Positions 59,554 through 64,000 of a stretch of DNA of 64,000 nt are shown piece after piece. Position 1 is the first letter of the stretch. Every line of letters begins with the position of its first letter. Both the position numbers and the translations under genes were made by a program. Source of the DNA: Planctomycetota bacterium (GTDB lineage: Bacteria > Planctomycetota > UBA1135 > UBA2386); the NCBI GenBank assembly GCA_965228735.1, contig OZ245838.1, forward strand, positions 5,120,001-5,184,000, in the 5' to 3' direction. The notes under the pieces were generated by a model, which saw only the letters and a list, made by a program, of their open reading frames with translations, made no database searches and was not told the DNA's origin.

Positions 59554-59997
59554 GTGGTATCCAAGAAGACCAAACGGCCAAAATTCGTCTCATACGACGT
59601 CCCAGGTCCTGATCCGCGGGAGTATCTGCTCAGCTCGGATGACCGGCGCCGCCTTGACGCGGCCGTCGAATACCTGGAGGTCGCGAAGCGCGACGGCGAC
59701 GAGGTCGTCATCGGGAGAGCAAAAGACCAGCTCGTTGATGCGATGCTAGGTGGGGTCTCGAAGTGGCGCGGGTGGGTCTTCGCGTACGCGACATCTGAGG
59801 CGAAGTTCGATCAAGAGGATGTGCCGGAGATCGAGCGCTGGCTTCGTCCGCTTGGGTTCGAAGGCCGGGTCACGGAGTCCAGACTCCGCAAGTTCCTCGA
59901 TCGAAACCGGATTCTGGACATCCCACGTCGTGAGGGAGGGAGCCGCCCGCTGATCGGGACGGATGTCGAGTGGAGTGTCCGTCGCACGCGCAAGTAG
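59554..59997 (+). CDS. Hypothetical protein of the element
   Basis: Co-oriented ORF directly after the integrase, AGGA upstream of GTG; no motif recognised. Confidence 0.55.
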   Translation: MVSKKTKRPKFVSYDVPGPDPREYLLSSDDRRRLDAAVEYLEVAKRDGDEVVIGRAKDQLVDAMLGGVSKWRGWVFAYATSEAKFDQEDVPEIERWLRPLGFEGRVTESRLRKFLDRNRILDIPRREGGSRPLIGTDVEWSVRRTRK

Positions 59998-60177
59998 GCG
60001 GTTGCATCGCATTGCTACGAGTCGCTACGCTGCCATGGCGCAGCCTGCGCGCCGAGGTCGATAACTCCGGAGGACCTCGGTTCAGCACTCGTGGCGAAAC
60101 GGCCGGAGGCGGCCGACCCGGAGACTAAGTAACCGCGACAGACCCTAGCCGGACGCTCCGCGTCCGGGAGGTATGTC

Positions 60178-60477
60178 GTGGAGACTGTCTCGGATTCGAT
60201 TCTGTGTGTGCTCCCCGATGAGGAGCACGACCGCCTCATCAGGCTCCTGAAGGATGGGCCGCCGGTCGTCGAGAAGCTGACGGGCCGTCGCCCGGATAGG
60301 TCCGTCCTGTGGCGGCAATCCGTCCGTGGCATCGCGGGGGTGACCCTGAAGACGGTGTCCGTTGGACGTTGCCTCATGACGACGCCGCGCTGGCTCGTCG
60401 AGTTCTGGGTCGCTGTCGACGCCGCGCGCCGCAAGAAGCGGGGGAAGCAGGTCCGTCCTCGGCGAGGGAGGCGGTGA
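60178..60477 (+). CDS. DUF1580-like HTH protein (excisionase/AlpA-like)
   Basis: RPDRSVLWRQSVRGIAGVTLKTVSVGRCLMTTPRWLVEF resembles the DUF1580 pattern; GGAGG RBS upstream. Confidence 0.65.
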   Translation: METVSDSILCVLPDEEHDRLIRLLKDGPPVVEKLTGRRPDRSVLWRQSVRGIAGVTLKTVSVGRCLMTTPRWLVEFWVAVDAARRKKRGKQVRPRRGRR

Positions 60478-60478
60478 G

Positions 60479-60916
60479 ATGTCGACCATCTTCCGCGGCC
60501 CGACCCGCGGCTACCACGTCAACGTCTGGGCCTACCTGCTCGAGCTGCTCGTGTCGTCCGCGTTCGTCGTACTCAGTGTCGACGGCGGCCTCACGGCGCA
60601 CGACGCGGACCGGTTCGCGCAGAAGTCGGTGTGGCCGGTCGCGACCATCCGAGAAGCGTTCCGTCATCTGACTCAGCTCGGACTCGTTTCGTTCGAACGC
60701 CAAGAAGGTGGCGCGATGACGGCTGCAGCGAACCTCGCGCGTCTCCGTGGACTGCTGCGCCAGGAGCGAGAGCTCGAACAGCGTGGCAAGACCGAGTCGA
60801 GGGACATCCCGGTTCTGCACTACTTCCGGTCGCGCAGGCTTTGCGCGCGGGTGCATTGGCTGGATCGACTCATCACACCAGTCGAGGACGAGGAGGTCGA
60901 ACGTGAACGCAGCTAG
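60479..60916 (+). CDS. Hypothetical protein, possible winged helix
   Basis: GGAGG RBS; coupled to the previous gene; TIREAFRHLTQLGLVSF is a wHTH-like segment. Confidence 0.55.
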   Translation: MSTIFRGPTRGYHVNVWAYLLELLVSSAFVVLSVDGGLTAHDADRFAQKSVWPVATIREAFRHLTQLGLVSFERQEGGAMTAAANLARLRGLLRQERELEQRGKTESRDIPVLHYFRSRRLCARVHWLDRLITPVEDEEVERERS

Positions 60917-61820
60917 GTTTCCCGAGGACGGCCGAGGAGGACTCACCGAGGTGTCGAGGACGAAGCCCTGCCCGGTGTGCGGCAAGCCAGACTGGTGCTC
61001 ACGATCCGCGGATGGCGGACTCGTCATCTGCATGCGTGAGGCCGAGGGCTCGAAGCGAGTTATCAAGACGGGGCCGCCGGGCTGGGTGCACGTCTTCAGA
61101 GTCAGCGCGGCGGCTGCGCGGTCGCGTCCGATTCCTCGTTCTGTGCCGAAGCGAACGGCTGACTGGGGACCTGCTGCCGCGCGGTATCAGGGAGAACTCA
61201 CAGGGCCGCGCGCCGAGGCCTGGGCAACGGGACTCGGTCTGCCCGCGGAGCTCGGGAGTGTTGCGTTACGCCAGCTGGGTTGCGGTCGGATGGTTGACCG
61301 ATGGGGCGAGAGCTGGGCGACGTTTCCGATGCACTCGGGAAGACTGAAAGCCATAGGGATCCGACGACGATGCCTTCGCGACGGCAAGAAGCTCACGATC
61401 AAAGGCGGCCAGCATGGGCTCTTCCTTGACCCGTCAGTCCGTCCTGCTCAGACCCTCTACGTTGTCGAGGGCGCGACAGATGCTGGTGCATTGCTCACTG
61501 CTCTTCCAGGTAGCGCGGTGATCGGAAGGCCGAGCTGTAGCGGCGGCCTCGACCATCTCGCTGAGTTACTTCGCTTCCGCCGGTTTGGCCGCGTCGAGAT
61601 CATTCCCGACGCAGACAGGCCAGGTCTCATGGGCGCGCAACGCTGCGCGGAAGAGCTGTGCCGCGAGTTCTCGAACATCTACCTGGCGCCGGCTCCCCCG
61701 ACCAAAGACCTGCGAGACCTTGTCCGGGCGAGCGGGGTGAGGGCAGCTAGCGACTGGCTCATGTCTTTGGTCAATCGCTCCAAGCCAATCCGCCTGCACT
61801 TCGCTGGGAAGCCGAGGTGA
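60903..61820 (+). CDS. Primase-like protein (Zn finger plus TOPRIM)
   Basis: GGAGG upstream of GTG 60903; CPVCGKPDWC...CMR; VVEGATD, PDAD..G..GA and KDLRD. Confidence 0.8.
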   Translation: MNAARFPEDGRGGLTEVSRTKPCPVCGKPDWCSRSADGGLVICMREAEGSKRVIKTGPPGWVHVFRVSAAAARSRPIPRSVPKRTADWGPAAARYQGELTGPRAEAWATGLGLPAELGSVALRQLGCGRMVDRWGESWATFPMHSGRLKAIGIRRRCLRDGKKLTIKGGQHGLFLDPSVRPAQTLYVVEGATDAGALLTALPGSAVIGRPSCSGGLDHLAELLRFRRFGRVEIIPDADRPGLMGAQRCAEELCREFSNIYLAPAPPTKDLRDLVRASGVRAASDWLMSLVNRSKPIRLHFAGKPR

Positions 61821-61821
61821 A

Positions 61822-63699
61822 ATGACCACTGAGAAGGAACCTGAGGAGCCGGGCGAGGAGCAGCTAGGCGAAGGTCATCACGACCCGGGGCAGGTCGGCT
61901 TCGAGGTTCGCGAGCGGCAGGGCAATCAGCTCGTCGTTGCGGCGGTGACAGCCGGCGGGGCGCTCTTGTTCGTCGACAAGGTGAACCCGAGCTCCAGTAG
62001 ATCTCGCAGCGCTTATCTGAAGGCCATGGTGAAGGAGGTGCCGGGGCTCGGTGGCAAGGTGCCGGAGGGTGCGCGCGTTCGGCTGGCCGGGGTGTGCTTG
62101 AAGCACGACGGGGTGCGCGGCGCAGGCGAAGTCGATGCCGACGTAGAAGGTGGAGGCATCGGTTCTCTGGCTGAATTGTCATCTGAGGAAATCAACGAAC
62201 GGATCGATGCCGCGATTGCAGGTCGCGAAGCGACGCTCGACGCTCATGTCGCCGCCCTGGATCAAAAGAAGAAGGACGCGGCGATCAAGCTAGGGCAGTC
62301 GCCGAGCCTGCTTTCAGACCAAGTCGATCTCATCGAGCAGCTAGGACACGTCGGTGAGCGAGCGAACTCCGCATTGCTTCTTCTCGGCTATTGCACCTGC
62401 AGGTTGAGGAAGCCGCTCCACGTTCTGGTCAAAGGCAGTTCATCGTCCGGCAAATCGCATCTTTGCGAGATATGCAGCAAGATCCTGCCGCCTGAGCTCG
62501 TGTTCCACCTCACCGCGATGAGCGAGAAGTTCCTCGCATACCTTCCGGAGGCCGCGCTAAGTGGCAAAGTGGTCATCCTTGGCGAAAGGCCACTCGGGGA
62601 TGAGGAGGAGGTTGCGTCGAGGAACAAGCTGATGCGCGAGATGATCAGTCAGCAGTTTGTGACGCACGGCACGGTCGAGGGAGGGCGAGACAGCAAGAAC
62701 CAAGGAGTGCTGAAACTTGTGCTAGGGCCGATTGCATCGTCTGAAACCACGACCAAGATCGACATCTTCGACGAGGACGAGAATCGGAAAATCCCAATCG
62801 ATGTCGACCAGAGTGATCGTCAGACCCGAATCGTCATCACTCACCAGGCTGAGGCGCTTGCAGGCAACGTGACCCAGGCTGATCCGGCGCGCATCGAGGC
62901 GTCTCACAACCTGATCAGGATGCTGAAGCGGCCGAGCCACATTCGCGTGCCCTTCGCGCCGTTGGTTGGTTTTTCGTTCCCAGCGAACCGTGTAGAGGCC
63001 CGGCGCGTGCACGAGCAATTTGGCTTGCTTGTCCAGGCCAGTGCGTTGCTCCATCAGATGCAGAGGGAGGCTGTCGACGAGAACGGCGACAAGGTCGAAT
63101 GGAGTGCGCGGGCGCATGGCTCGCACACCCTCCTGGCCGATCCGCGCGATTACGTGATTGCCGCAGCGCTCATACAGCACAGCATCGGCCGAGCGCTCAA
63201 CAAGGGTCTGTCTCCAAACGACAAGCTATGCCTCCGCAGAATCGAGGGGTGGTGCGCCGGCGTCGAATCGGGCCAGAAGATCGGTGAGTTCTCGACGCCG
63301 GAGTTCCGGGCCATGGCGCGTGAGCAGACCGGAAAAGACATGGACTCGAGTAACGCACGAAAGCTGCTTGGCAGGCTGGTCGATTTCGGCGCGTTGATTC
63401 AGACGCAGCAAGGTGGCGACAATCGTCCGAACAAGTACCGGCTACCCGACCCTGAGGAGTCGGCGCCTGGGGGCGGCTGGGCTCTGCCGGCCTCGTATGA
63501 AGATCTCTGTGGTGCCTACGAAGCGGCGACGCACGCCGAAGTGCCTGATCACCTGTCGCCAGCAGCCTTCCGGGACCAGGACTGGTGGCCTCAGATCGCT
63601 GACCTCGCGAGCCAGTGGGGCTCAATGGCCGGAGTTGACCTCTCAGCGGATGACGACGGCGAGGACGAGGGGGAGGTAGAGGCGGGTTTCGGTCTCTGA
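61822..63699 (+). CDS. P-loop ATPase / putative replicative helicase with C-terminal winged helix
   Basis: Walker A GSSSSGKS; Walker-B-like VVILGE; DENR; ALLHQMQR; coupled to the primase. Confidence 0.75.
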   Translation: MTTEKEPEEPGEEQLGEGHHDPGQVGFEVRERQGNQLVVAAVTAGGALLFVDKVNPSSSRSRSAYLKAMVKEVPGLGGKVPEGARVRLAGVCLKHDGVRGAGEVDADVEGGGIGSLAELSSEEINERIDAAIAGREATLDAHVAALDQKKKDAAIKLGQSPSLLSDQVDLIEQLGHVGERANSALLLLGYCTCRLRKPLHVLVKGSSSSGKSHLCEICSKILPPELVFHLTAMSEKFLAYLPEAALSGKVVILGERPLGDEEEVASRNKLMREMISQQFVTHGTVEGGRDSKNQGVLKLVLGPIASSETTTKIDIFDEDENRKIPIDVDQSDRQTRIVITHQAEALAGNVTQADPARIEASHNLIRMLKRPSHIRVPFAPLVGFSFPANRVEARRVHEQFGLLVQASALLHQMQREAVDENGDKVEWSARAHGSHTLLADPRDYVIAAALIQHSIGRALNKGLSPNDKLCLRRIEGWCAGVESGQKIGEFSTPEFRAMAREQTGKDMDSSNARKLLGRLVDFGALIQTQQGGDNRPNKYRLPDPEESAPGGGWALPASYEDLCGAYEAATHAEVPDHLSPAAFRDQDWWPQIADLASQWGSMAGVDLSADDDGEDEGEVEAGFGL

Positions 63700-63751
63700 T
63701 ACCCGGCTCCGGTCGTGTTACCGCAGAGTTTACGGCAGAATCGCGGGGGTC

Positions 63752-63994
63752 GGGTAGGCGGGTATCTGCTACGCGCAGACGCACACAAAGCGCGCGAACT
63801 GCGGACCCAGGAGTCGGTAAACTGAAAACGCAATAGGTCAAAACTCGATACCTACCTACCCGCCTGATGTGGTTGAGCGCTTGGTCTATACCCGCCTACC
63901 CGCCTCGGAATCGTGGTCGCTAATGGGCGCTTTCGCAATGACTTAGAGAAGAGCAGGGCGGGTATACCTCCCTCGCACCCGCCTCTACCCGCCT
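63752..63994. repeat. Iteron-like TACCCGCCT repeats, putative replication origin
   Basis: Forward copies at 63857, 63889, 63897, 63976 (1 mismatch) and 63986; reverse copies at 63756 and 63956 (1 mismatch). Confidence 0.75.
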
Positions 63995-64000
63995 GCCCTC

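Larger units (their letters stand above)
58191..64000 (+). mobile_element. Integrated satellite/PICI-like or IME element at tRNA-Pro (right end outside window)
   Basis: Integrase next to the tRNA 3' end, then a Xis-like gene, primase, ATPase and iteron cluster; visibly more A/T and A/T-ending codons than the host genes. Confidence 0.8.

Overview
High-GC, densely coding bacterial chromosome segment. The gene families suggest Planctomycetota (inference): DUF1552, DUF1580, ECF sigma/Ser-Thr kinase modules and many large secreted or lipoprotein genes. Positions 1-57641 hold mixed housekeeping and envelope genes: a DASS transporter, cupins, cysteine dioxygenase, a sensor kinase, threonine dehydratase, an orphan N6-adenine MTase, a parvulin PPIase, a GalK-family kinase, an MDR dehydrogenase, an S46 peptidase, mqnE/mqnC, three Ser/Thr kinases, an ECF sigma, and FG-GAP, BNR and Ig-like surface proteins. 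A tRNA-Pro(GGG) at 58114-58190 is followed by an integrated satellite-like element that runs off the window. It carries a tyrosine integrase, a DUF1580 Xis-like gene, a primase, a P-loop ATPase and a bidirectional iteron cluster. The top finding is that the ORFs at 30271-30738 and 30739-32229 are most likely one exported selenoprotein. An in-frame TGA gives a U-x-C motif, a SECIS-like hairpin follows it, and the protein ends in a DsbD-N-like C-x4-C domain. A second, unannotated small membrane ORF (16963-17178, minus strand) also has an in-frame TGA with a SECIS-like hairpin at similar spacing. No Sec machinery genes and no CRISPR array are visible in this window. All family assignments come from motif recognition, not database searches.
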